NCBI RefSeq assembly: GCF_036321535.1
Contig: NC_087436.1
Span: 42,534,001 to 42,598,000 of the forward strand
Length of the DNA: 64,000 nucleotides
DNA from: Camelus dromedarius
Taxonomy: Eukaryota
Reading direction: 5' to 3'
Shown: positions 52,690-64,000 of the stretch, piece by piece
Layout: every line of letters starts with the position of its first letter
Numbering within the stretch: position 1 is the first letter of the stretch
Program-made: the position numbers and the translations under genes
The notes under the pieces: model-generated
Database searches by the model: none
Told to the model about the DNA's origin: nothing
Seen by the model: the letters and a program-made list of their open reading frames with translations, nothing else

Positions 52690-54390
52690 GTCAGGGGAGC
52701 GGGACGAAGTTCATCAGATTTCTAGGTGGGAAATGGTGGTTTCTTTACTGCAGGAGTGCAGACTGGCCTCGCGGTTTCTGAGGGTGAAATGTGTGACTCC
52801 TCTTCCTCTCAACTTCCTTGGCTGGAGACACGCTGTGGGTAAGTTTGGGGAGAGGTAAGAAGGAGGAGGCGATTTCAATATCTTCACGTAGGGACACGCT
52901 AAGGAGGAAGTCAGGCAGTAAGGGCCAGCAACAGGGAAAGGAAATTCAACTTGTAGTCGCGACTTTAAAAAAAAAAAAAAAAAAAAGGCGGGGATAAAAG
53001 AAGCAGGAAAAATAGCGGGGTGGTGTGTATGGGGGGACTGAAAGGAAAACCAGAAGAGGAAGAAAGGAGAGAGTGCTACGCAGTTTGTTGTTTCTCCTGC
53101 TTTTCTCTCCCTTAAGAATCTGGAAAAAGTTTGCACGCGCAGCATTCGGGATGGGTGAGAGGGCTCTTCATTTACAGACCCACGAAGAGAAGCTCCCTTC
53201 ACCCTTCCTCATTCCCGCCGCCGCTGTTTTTCCCTTCTTCAGAAGCTGGAGGGCAGCCCGGAAAACCCAGGGAAGCCGGAGCCCAGGCGGATCCTCCTGG
53301 ATCCCGCAGGGCTTAAGCAGCGTGCAGCTCTCTCTAGCTCTCCTGCAAAGCCTCCCCTGCCTCCATCCTCCTCCCAGAAAGGAAAACGGAACGATCAAGC
53401 TTCTAAACTGGCTTTATCCCTCCCCCTCTTCCTAGGGGAGCTAAAGCAGAAAGTACCGTTCTGTGATTCACTGGAGAAAAAAGAGGGTGGAGGCAGCAAA
53501 GAACTCCGAGTGCCAAAACTAAGTAAGTTCGCTGACAAAACGCACGCAGCTGGCACCATCCCCGGGTGCACCATCCCCGCGGAGACCAAGTGGGCTTGGC
53601 GTAGAGTGGGCACAGAGTCAGGGGCCAACTTCGGTCCCTACGCGATCCAGCGGCCGGGAGAAGGAACCGCTGCCCGAAGTTCCTGCAGAGAACGGGGGTG
53701 GTCAGTGGAGGGAGATCAGTAGAGCGGGGTGCTTTTCCTCACTTGGCCGCCTGGTGAGTGTCGGGGAGATTGGCGAATACCTCTTAAAGAACCGAAAGAA
53801 ATAGCCGTGGAAAAGTGGAGAAAAGTGATCGGGAAGCCGGTCCACTCCGGGCAGCTCTTCATCTCTCCGGTTAAGAGCGAGGTGCGGGGATTGAGCTTCC
53901 CAGCGCTTTCCAGGTGAGGGGACTGCCCGACCGACTGCCGACCTTCGACTCACAGCCATCGGTGCTCGCGAGCCTGGGAGAACCTCGCTCCTCAGCATCG
54001 AGGTCGAAAAGTTCTGGTCACGTCTGGCCAGGAAAAGTTCCTGCCCCAGGTGGTTCTCAATTCCTTACTTGATTTTTTCCCCCTGACAACTTTTCGATAG
54101 AGGCATTAACTTTTTGTACGGAAGCTGCTTTGGCGAGCGAGGAGGAGGAGGAAAGTGAAATTTGATGGAGCAGAGCGACTCCTCCTTGTTTTGCCTTCTT
54201 CCCATACCTTAAGCCATCACCTCTGGAAGATTAAAGCTGTTGGACGTGGTGACAGCTGAGCGCAGGATTTCTTTCCAGGTGGAGACCCTCCATTGCCTGT
54301 TGGGTCTACTCCTCCTGCGTGCATGTGTGCGACAGCTGCGGCGCAGGGTACTTGGTTCTGCTCGTGGAGTCTCAGCTGCGACCCGAGTGA
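52690..54390 (+). promoter_or_regulatory. ARSJ: CpG-rich promoter and long 5' leader of ARSJ
   Basis: Sharp rise in GC and CpG against the AT-rich flanks, directly upstream of the CDS, with no recognisable interspersed repeats. The TSS cannot be placed from sequence alone. Confidence 0.8.
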
Positions 54391-54788
54391 ATGGCCCCCA
54401 GGGGCTGCGCGGGGCCTCTGCCTCCGCCACCCTCGCAGGCTTGGGTCTGGCCGGGAAAGATGCTAGCCATGGGGGCGCTGGCAGGCTTCTGGGTCCTCAG
54501 CCTCCTCACCTATGGTTACCTGTCCTGGGGCCAGGGCTTGGAGCAGGAAGAGGAAGGGGCTTTACGACCTCAAGCTGGAGAGAGCCCAGAGCCCAGCATA
54601 ACTGCCAACTCCCAGCCTCATCTCATTTTCGTCCTAGCGGATGATCAGGGATTTAGAGATGTGGGTTACCATGGATCAGAGATAAAGACTCCCACTCTTG
54701 ACAAGCTTGCTGCGGAAGGAGTTAAACTGGAGAACTACTATGTCCAGCCTATTTGCACACCGTCCAGGAGTCAGCTTATTACCGGAAA
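54391..54788 (+). CDS. ARSJ: Arylsulfatase J, first coding exon (partial CDS; the rest lies beyond the window)
   Basis: Translation MAPRGCAG...[25 protein letters not shown]...[58 protein letters not shown](K) matches the recalled ARSJ N-terminus. It has the sulfatase ADD metal-binding motif and the CxPSR formylglycine motif. It ends at a canonical AA|GTAAGT donor after 398 nt (phase 2); the ORF-track stop at 54792 is intronic. Confidence 0.96.
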
Positions 54789-57195
54789 GTAAGTATTACT
54801 GCTTCAGTATTTATTCCTTGAAGATATTTTAAGCATATTATTAAGATCCAGCTCCTAATTTAAGGAAGTAGCAGAAAATATGGGGAACTGAATGAATAAA
54901 TGGATGAATGAATGAGTAAAATGTATTTAGTTATGATGGGTATTAAAACGCATGCCCTCTTAATGATCTTGAAAGTCTCCTTACTAGTTTAGTCTCAGCT
55001 TGCTTTTAGAGCTTGCTGTAAAAATGCCTTTGGGGGTTTTAAAATGAGATCAGAACTTGTAAACTCTCACCTACCAACCAGAGATCTCCAGAAGAGTTCT
55101 CCTTTTCTAAATCTATTTTGGCTTTTGAGCATGCTTAGGTTTTCTTTCTGGTGTCACAACAGAATTCACTGTCACCATCATTGATAAGAAAAAGAGACCA
55201 AAATTCTTCCATGACTCTTGGTGCATTCTTAAATCTAGAACTGAATAATCAAAGCTACAGGTAATCACAGAGAAAAGAGGGGCCAAGGAAACATATGGAA
55301 GGCAGTATAAGAATCTCACCACTGTATATACGACTCTGTTTGAGTCTTTGATAGGTAATTTCCTCATACAGGATCACTAAGAAAGGCAATATGTAATTAG
55401 TAAGGCAGTTCTCAGATGTGGACAAATACAATGGTAAATGCTCAACACGAGTCAAACTTCGTAAGTTTTCTGCTGCTCCTCCAGGAGAATTTTCTGATTA
55501 GCTCTAAGAAAAGTCAGATTAGTTGGATGCTTAAGCAGAGTGTTTTTAATATTATTATTGCTTTGCTAAATAGCTAAATCTTCCACTTAAGAGTGTTATT
55601 CATTTTCATATTTTTACTCTATCCTGTCAGAATTATAGGTTATTGTGAATGATTTGAAAGTGCAAATTCAGCGTATGGAATAGAGATAAACTAGGAGACC
55701 AGTAGACTAGTGGTCCATCTACCACTGGACAGAGGTAGAAGAAAAGCTTTAGTGATTTCAGTGTATGAATCTTGTGATTTTCAGTTTAAGGAACCCCTGC
55801 TTCAGTGAAGTTGTTCTTGGAATTGGATCCTATAAAAGTAGCCAGTATCCATTGGAAAAATAAAGACTATTTTGTAGGAATCTCTGTCTTGCAGAGACTT
55901 TTGCTTACTACATGATTTCCACTGCTTAGCAAACTGTCAGAACTTAGCATCATTGCCAGAAAGTTAAAAAATCCAATCCTTCCCTCTCTTGAGAAGGAGA
56001 GAGAAAAGAAGTCTCACTGTACTTCGAAGTCATTTTAAAGGTTAATTGTGGCATCAGAAAGTCAAGGGTATTTATGTTTATAAAGGAGCAGATTGTTGGC
56101 TGGAAAGTAGCAAGTCCATCCAGTGGCCTGGGGTCAAATTCTTCATGTCTAATCCCAAACATTCTTATATGTGGTTTACGAAATAAATGTGCCATAAAGT
56201 CTCCCTGAACCTCTTCAACTAAATTTATAGAATTTAGATTTATTCAGATAGCCAAGAGTAGCTGAAAAATATGTAACTGAATTATATGAATTTATCTTTC
56301 ACAAAGGAGCATATGTTTAAGACTTTTCAGCAAACAGGAACATTTAACTCCTAAACATTATCTTGTGCTGATAAAATATTTAGGTTTTATCTTTTAATCT
56401 TTATGTTTACTTAATGACATGAAGCAGAAATGAAGGTGGAAGTAAATCCTCATTTTCCCCTTTTCTCAAAGGTTGAATCTCATGTTCTTTCATTGCAAAC
56501 ATCTCACGAGAAGATTTATTCTCCTATTAAATTTTTCTGTTCAGTGCAACAAGTTGTGTAACTGTCTTACAGGCAAGAGATCAAATAGCTACTGTGATTT
56601 GACTTAAATTTCTATTTGAATTAAACAGTTGAATTAAACATTTGCACTTTAGGTTCTCCTTTTAAACAAATTGCTGGAACTTTTCTTAAATGAACACAGC
56701 TGTAAGAAAGAAAGTGGCTATGGACACCTAGTCCTGGGCCTAATAGTAATAATGCAAGGCTGGGGATGTGGTCACTTGTGCTCTGCATGAGCACGTGTCT
56801 GTGCTTCCTGGATCCTCTAAAGTTAAAAAGAAAAGCAATAAAATACCTAACTGGACTGAAGGGATATGAAGGGCAAGAATAGGTTATGTGAAATATGATA
56901 GGGTTCAAATATCTTCACATTTATAAAGAAAGAATTTAAGTCTTTGAAGCTGGAGCTACTTTTGATACTTACTTTAAACAAAACAACCCTCCTTTTATAT
57001 TTTGCTGGAGTCAATATGTAAAAATCTGTTCCCTTATACTGCATAAATCTATAATAAGTTACAGATTCCTTAATAATTTACATCATATCAGTCTGGCAAT
57101 ATTGAACATAAGTCAGCCTGTCAGTAAGCATTCATTGTGTGCAGATCCCTGTATTGGAACTGTGAGGAACAAGTAAGCAAGCCCTAATGTCTGGA

Positions 57196-57350
57196 CAGTG
57201 ATTTTCAAATTTGAGTGTGCAAAAAGAATCAGCCAAAATGCTAGCTAGAGTGCAGATTTCCAAGCCTAACCAATGATTCAGCTTCAGTGGTCTGGGGTTG
57301 AGCCCAGAAATTAATAGTAATTTAACAAATGTGTCAGGTTATTCTAATAA
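57196..57350. mobile_element. MER5A-like DNA transposon
   Basis: cagtgattttcaaatttgagtgtgca...agaatca...gtggtctggggttgagcccagaaatt. Confidence 0.7.
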
Positions 57351-57979
57351 TAGCACTAATATAAATTAAGAGTGTTACTGCTAAAGGCTAGCATCTACTG
57401 AGCAGTTACTGTGTTCCAAAATAATGCATTTTTATCACATTTAATCTTTACAACGTTCCTGGAGGTAGTTACTATTGTTATCCCCATTTTATGTGAATGT
57501 GCCAATAGAGTCCAAGAAAGGTAGTGATGCAGAGTTTCTGTACACTGGACTTTGAGAAACAACACTATAGATGTTCAAAGTTGAACTGGTGATATAAAGG
57601 TTGATTGAGAAAGTGGCTGCCTACGTTTGATTTAGTACAAAGTACTTTTCTCAGCTTTTTTTTTTTTTTACAGTTTTTAAAATAAAGACATGGAGAAATG
57701 ACATCATTTCTTCTTTAAAGAGAATATAGTGAAGGCCTCAGAAAGAGAATTACAAGTTTTGCAAAATTTAGATGTGTTTTATGCAGACTTTAGAGTAGGA
57801 AAGATTGGCAGTATGAGCTGAATTTATATCTTTGGCAAAAATTTTGTGTTTTTACTATTTTGTTATTCATTTTTCCCACTTGAAATACCACAATGATTAT
57901 TTTTAACAAGTGCAAAGGTAACTCAAATAGTGTGTATTTGTAATAGGATACTTGATACATTAATTCTTTTTAAAAAAGA

Positions 57980-59225
57980 ATCCCTGCCTCTCGCCATGGG
58001 CAGTCACTCTGCCAACTTCTCACAACTTAGGTTAATTTTACCTGTTTTTGAACTTCATATAAATGGATTATAGAGAAGGTTTTTTTTTTCATATTTGGCT
58101 TATTTCTCTTAACATAATATTTGGAAAATATATCCATATTGTTGCCTGTAGATACAATTTATTTATTCTCATTACTGAATAGTATTCTTTCGTATAAATC
58201 TACTATAATTTATTCATCCATTCTCTTGAATGACATATGGGTTATTTCCATTGTTGGGCCATTGGCCATTATTAATAGTGCTACCATAAACATACCTGTA
58301 TATGTTTTTTGGTGAGCATATGTACACATGTCTCTTGGGTATCTATCAAGAAATAGGATTACTGGGTTATCAGGATGTGTATGTTCCATTTTTATAGATA
58401 ATGCCCAACAGTTACTGAAAGTGGTTCTACCACTATACACTCTCATTAGCAAGGCATGGAGAATTCTGTTTGTGTCACATCTTGGCCAACATTTGGCATT
58501 GTCTTTTTCATTTTAGTCATTCTGGTTGTTATGCATTGGTATACCATCATGATTTGATTTGCATTTACCTGATGACTAAAGAAATTGAACATCTTTTCAT
58601 ATTTTTATGGGCTATTTGGATATCTCCTTGTTATTTATTCAGTTTTTTGGCCTTTTTTTTTCATTAGGTGAATGCTTTTCCTTATTGATTTGTGGTGATT
58701 ATTTTTATATTCTTTTCCTTTGTCAAGTATTTGTATTGCAAATAGCTTCTCCCATTCTGTAACTTGCTTCTTTAGTCTCTTAATTATGTTTTTTGATGAA
58801 CAGAGGGTTTTATTTTTATTGTAGCCTTATTTATAATCTTTTTCTTTAGGTCCTATTTAGATATCTTTGACTAAATTAGGATCATGACAATGGCCTTTTT
58901 AAAGTTTTATTGTTTTATTTTTCTGTTTACATCTACAATTCATCTGGAATTAATTTGTAGTATGATATAAGTCAAGGTTTAAGAATATTTTTTCCATCTG
59001 TGAATCTATTTGATCCACACATTTATTAAAAATATCATACTTTCTCCACTTTACTACAGTATTACCTTTTTTATAAATCAGATAAATGCACATATTTGGG
59101 TCTGTTTCTGGACTCTATTCCATTCCATTAGTCTCTTTGTCTATTCTTTTACCAATCCTACATTCTCTTAACTACTGTAGTTTTATAATAAATACTGATA
59201 TCCGGAATGTAAGTCCTTCTACTTG
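57980..59225 (-). mobile_element. Old L1 (L1ME-like) 3' region, antisense to ARSJ
   Basis: ttttgaacttcatataaatgga...ttgcatttacctgatgactaa...gggtctgtttctggactctattc. Confidence 0.85.
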
Positions 59226-59239
59226 TACCAGTTTATTCT

Positions 59240-60480
59240 TTTTAATATGAAAAACATGAGGGTATGGGTGTACAGATTCAAAGAGGTTGAAAGATTTGAT
59301 TTTGGAGAATATGAGGTAATTCTCTTCTGAATTATCCTACTTTCTATATGAAATAACAAATGAGGTCACTAGATGAGAATAAGGATCTGATGGTTTAAAG
59401 ACAGAGATAGAAAATATTCTTCTAGGAGAGTGAGAAAGTGAATTAAGTAGGGAAATGCTGTAAAAATACCGGGCAGCAATGAGAGCCTATTTGAGATTTG
59501 TGGTCATAAGTTTAAACAGAGACCAGTCATCACTTGTTTGTTTTTCCCACTCCATGTTCAGGTGCTTGTGTGAAGAGGTGGCTTTAACTAGATTTGGAGC
59601 TTTGACAAATGAATAGAGTAGGATCGTGCACTCTAAACCAGGCAAAGAAAGGCAGAAGACTTTAAGGGGTTTATGTTCTCAAAAAAAGTGCCATGGTCAA
59701 TGGATTGACTGTCTGTCCAGGGTTGAAGTGAGGACATTACAATAAACTTGGAAAGCTGAAAAGATAGATAATGGTAATTGGGGTAATGTGTGCTTGGGAT
59801 CAAAATTTTATAAGTAGTATGGTTTTTAGAAATGATAGGGGAATGGGTCCTAAAATGAGATGGAGGAAAACATCTTTAGATGTGAGGAAGGTGAGGTATT
59901 AGAAAGGCAGGGAGTTGGATAGATCACTTAGGTGGATCTTTAAATCATTAAAAATAATGGGAGAAGTTGAAGTTAAAAAAAAGCAGTGAGCCAGTTACTG
60001 AAATCATCTATAACAGAGGATTGGGAGGGCAGGGCCTAGAATTGGATAAAAGACTCTAACAGGGAAGATACTGAGTCTATAGTCTGTTGCCTCACTTTTC
60101 AAAAAAGTTGAACTTTTAAAAAGAGACAGGAGCCAAACTGTGTAGAAGTGCCAGTGAGGAACTAGAGGGATACGCAGCCCTGCTTCAGACTCTGTGATAA
60201 TTGGGGTTATCACCAAGCCAGCACCAGGCTGAGAGAATAGCTAGCAATCAGCTAGCGGAAGAAGGTGGGAGGAATGTCCAGGAAAAAGATGAGGTCATAG
60301 AGGATTTTGCTAATGACAGACTTTCAGTAACAGAAGGCTCTATGGAAAGAGGGAGTTAGCAGGGGAGAATGACTGAATCAGAGCTGAGAAATGTATAGAG
60401 ATATATAGAGATTAGAATCTGAGTTAAAGCAGATACATTGGAAAGATTGACGTTATGATGAAGACTCAAATAAAAAGGGC
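59240..60480 (-). mobile_element. L2 LINE body fragment
   Basis: Purine-rich antisense L2 ORF2-like sequence; boundaries approximate. Confidence 0.55.
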
Positions 60481-61859
60481 TGAAAAGCATAGTGGGATTT
60501 TTTTCCAGACAATCTCTTAGGAAATGGTTAAGTGTCAAGTTTTAATTACAGCTTCTTTCTGGAGACTGATTGAATTGGACCTCCTGCCTGTCCATAGCCA
60601 ACTTCTGCATCCACACTGTGTACAGTCAGGCACACAGTCAGGAGGGCTGGGGGTTTGGTCCAGGAAGACAGGATCCATGGAGGCCTCTGAGGACTGCAGT
60701 GGGCTCTAGAAGCTAGGGGAATGTGTCTTCCAGGAGTTTGAAAGGTAGTGTTTCTAAATACGAAATTATCAATGAACAACTACCCTAGTGTTGAAAACCT
60801 CAGAAAAGTAATTGAATTCTTTCAGCCACTATCATGGGAGAAAGACTCAAGGAAGTGAAGGGGAGTAGGCCTGTGGCACATAGACACATTTTTCCTCTAC
60901 TTAGTTCGTAATCATCAAGGGTCATGCACGCTTCCTCTTCCATCCACTTCTTTTATCCAAGGGCTGGTTTTAAGTAGTGTTCTACACCCTCAGAGTACAC
61001 AATATCAGTTACTAAGAGTTCACCTTTTACATTCATAAATATTTAGTTAATACATAAACATTTAGAAAAATATTTATGGTTAGAAGTTTAGAAGAAACAA
61101 GAGTTTTTCCAAGCCTCACTTTGGCTTTGGACAATGAATGTAACAACAAATGGAGAGGGTAGTTTTAAAACCTCACATATCCATTTCAAAAAGAATTCAA
61201 TAGGCAAGACCTTTCGACAAATAGCTGCCTCTTCCTTTTTGACTGTATGGATTTTTCTGGCCATAGCATCATGGTCAATTAAGCTATTGGCACACCTTTA
61301 TGATCAAAGTCCCTACTTTGAATGAGTCTTTTTAAAAAGACGCACTTTGAAGTGAATCCCTATTCAGGTAATTCTGTTGAGCTGTCCTGAAAGGTGGAAG
61401 TGTATCCAGGTGCCAAAGGTTCAGATCATTTTCTTTCATCCATATGACCTTTCTCAGAGATCCAAGATGGGAGGACCAAAAAGGCTTGGGACCTCTGCTT
61501 CTAATAGGAGCTCAGTATGAAAACTTTTATTTCAACATTTGGCTGCATTTGAATTTTTTCCTAAACCATGTTATGGAATTAATTTTTATGTAATCTTTTT
61601 CTATATTTTACTTTGATGTGATTAGAGTATTGCCGCGTTCCTTTATCATTCTAGATATTAAATATTCCCAGGCGTGTTACCTCATTGAGATATTCCTTTC
61701 CCTGTGTGCTCAGCTGCAAAACAGACTTTTTATCTCTACTCCTTTACTCCCTGTCTCTAATTCACCCCCCACGTTTCATGACTCTCATTACATCACCACC
61801 CTCAGCAAACACCATCCCTTGTTCCCACAGACTAGCACAGAATGGGGAAGAAAGTGATT

Positions 61860-62110
61860 TTTACTGAGGGCCTTCTTGTGCCAGTCACCTTTCAAACATC
61901 CTGTAATTTAATCTTCACATCCATGCTGAAGGTAAAATGTTTTTATTATTTTGAAGAAATATTTATGAAATATTTAACAATGTCCTCATTTTATGGATGA
62001 CATATGAAGGTTTTAGAGAAATCATGTAAGTTGTTGGTGGTCACACAGCTTCTAAGCAATAGAGCCTGTATGGAAACCTAAACTCTTGTGGCTTCAACAA
62101 AACCCTTGCT
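61860..62110 (-). mobile_element. MIR SINE
   Basis: tttactgagggccttcttgtgccag...atttaatcttcac...cctcattttatggatga...ggtcacacagct. Confidence 0.7.
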
Positions 62111-62234
62111 GTTTTCATCACTCTGTTCTGCCTACTATGAAATTTGTAAGCACTTTAGTCTAGTCTTCAAAAAAACAAAACAAATTTGGCCTTACCTTTC
62201 TCTCCCTATCTTCAGACTCTCTACTCCAGAGAAA

Positions 62235-62645
62235 AGACTGATTCACTGTTTCTCAAGCACATCTTACACCTGACTGTCCCCCTTCTTTTGTACATACTGT
62301 TTCTACTCCTTGGAATTCACGGTCTATCTCTCTTGGCCCAAATGCCAGCCATTCATTAAGACTCAGCTAAAATATTACCTTCTCTATGGAGGTTTCCATG
62401 ATTCCTTAGCCAGAAATATTTATCGCAGTGATGACCTTACATAATTCTTTCTATTACTGTCTTATTAGGCATGATTTTCCACCTCGTTCACAGTTATTAC
62501 TGAATCTCTTACCTCCATGCCAGTCCTCTGGGCAGCAAGACTGATTTATTACCTCCATAAATTTCACAGTACCCAATCCAGTGCCTTGTACTAATAAGCA
62601 CTAAGAATACATGTGAAAAATGAATGAGTGAAAAGATGAATAAAC
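62235..62645 (+). mobile_element. L2 3' end
   Basis: ttcattaagactcagctaaaatattaccttctct...cagtgccttgtactaataagcact...tgaatgagtg. Confidence 0.7.
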
Positions 62646-62664
62646 ATTTATTTATTTCCCTCTG

Positions 62665-62880
62665 GCAGGCATTGTGACAGAGCAGAAATAACATAGAATA
62701 TATAGTGAGGAAATCTGAATTACAGTACTAATTCAGCAAATTCCTGACTATGTCCTTGAATGAGTAGTTTAATCTTTTGAAGATGCCATGATTTCATCTG
62801 TAGAATAGTAATCATGATAACCTCAAAGGTTATAACACTTAATTGAGAAAACATATGTGAAAATAGTTTGCAAACTTTTA
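62665..62880 (+). mobile_element. MIR SINE
   Basis: ctgactatgtccttgaatgagtagtttaatct...ttcatctgtagaatagtaatcatgataacctc. Confidence 0.6.
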
Positions 62881-64000
62881 TTATATCATTTTAAGTAAAA
62901 ATTCTTATAAAGTTAGAGTGACATCTCCATAATGTTTCATCACATACTAACTTTATAAGAACTACTTGTTCTTTTTAAAAGCTTTCTGTGAGTATAGTCA
63001 TATCTCTTTTCCAATTTCAATATGTAAGTACACAAATTTAAAATTAAACTCCATATGTTTCAATTTTAATAAATTTATCCATCAGTATTTTTCACATATT
63101 TTTAGTTCTGAGATGTCCAGGAAGGTGATTAAAGTTACATAGTTTCTAAGTTTCTACATTTGAAGATTGTGTGTGTTGCTGGTGGTTGTTACGCTTGGCA
63201 TGTTGCTGCCGTCATGCTTGGCAGAATCTGTTGGAACCCTGCTAATCTTGTGACAAGCAAAATCAGATGTATATTTAAAAGTACCACACTAAATGAGAAG
63301 AATTAAAAATTGGGTAATGGAAAGGCCAGTGATTAATCACTTCAAATTCCTGTAATCAACAATAATTTTAAAACATTTTATTGAATATGATTAATATATC
63401 TTATACAATTTTGAAGTTAGCTCACCCCAGGGACTACCACTCAGTAGGTGTGCAATAAAGAGTTCTGAATTAAGACATTGTTCTAGGCTTCACAGTGAGT
63501 GGACTTTCATGGGCTCCATGATTACTATTTCATTGACCTCCTAAATGATCATATTGCCTGTAGCATTTGAATCCACATTCCACACTAAGACTTGAGTGAA
63601 ATCTCTGCAACACAGTGAAAAGCATGCCACTCCCTACTTAAAATCTTTTGGAAGCTGCTATTACCTGTGAACAAAAGCCCAATTCTTAAGCATTCCATAT
63701 AAACACTTTCAAAATCTGGCCTCTAACAAGATTCTGGTACTCCCAACATGTTCCCATTTATACCCTCTTTGGATTATCAGGGTACTTGTACTTCCTACAA
63801 GGGCTCTGCCCCTTAACCTCCCCGCCCCAGTCCTTTCTATGCAGAATTCCCTTTGCTGGAATGTTTTTCATTCTCCTCTGGGAAAATGTTATTGCATCCT
63901 TCCTGACCCTCTACTCCCCTCATCTTCCCTCCAATACTTCTCTGATTATTTTACACCTTTATACACAGGCTTTATACACATTTTCTTAGATTTGATAAGA

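Larger units (their letters stand above)
54789..64000 (+). other. ARSJ: ARSJ intron 1 (5' part)
   Basis: Starts GTAAGT at 54789. The downstream DNA is repeat-rich and I could not recognise a continuation of the sulfatase frame in the window. Confidence 0.88.

Noticed and set aside
52589..53998. Cluster of 60-160 aa ORFs on both strands
   Set aside because: Mostly non-ATG starts in a GC-rich promoter, with no recognisable domains.
54240..54644. 134-aa alternative-frame ORF overlapping ARSJ
   Set aside because: Starts at TTG, has no recognisable homology, and long ORFs are expected in GC-rich DNA.

Overview
AT-rich, repeat-dense mammalian genomic DNA, probably camelid (alpaca or camel), inferred from a Vic-1-like tRNA-derived SINE at 16873-17008. 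It holds about 52 kb of intergenic DNA upstream of arylsulfatase J (ARSJ), the ARSJ CpG-rich promoter and 5' leader, the first coding exon (54391-54788, + strand, with the CTPSR formylglycine motif) and about 9 kb of intron 1. The other ORFs in the track appear to be chance ORFs or repeat-derived. The intergenic part is a mosaic of L1, L2, MIR, MaLR/ERV LTRs, a decayed ERV-L reverse transcriptase fragment and MER5-type DNA transposons. I see no evidence for a new multi-gene system. The most unusual structures are: (1) an L1 5'UTR plus ORF1 start that lacks its 3' end and poly(A) yet is flanked by a perfect 10-bp direct repeat, and keeps CpGs in its 5' part; (2) a ~1 kb sense-strand ATG desert followed by a uORF and an overlapping ORF ahead of three in-frame ARSJ starts; (3) an isolated 73-bp direct repeat; (4) a triple-nested L1 with an apparent short 3' transduction; (5) a CCAAT/octamer-rich solo LTR. 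Repeat subfamily names come from recalled consensus sequences, not a search, and many repeat boundaries are approximate.
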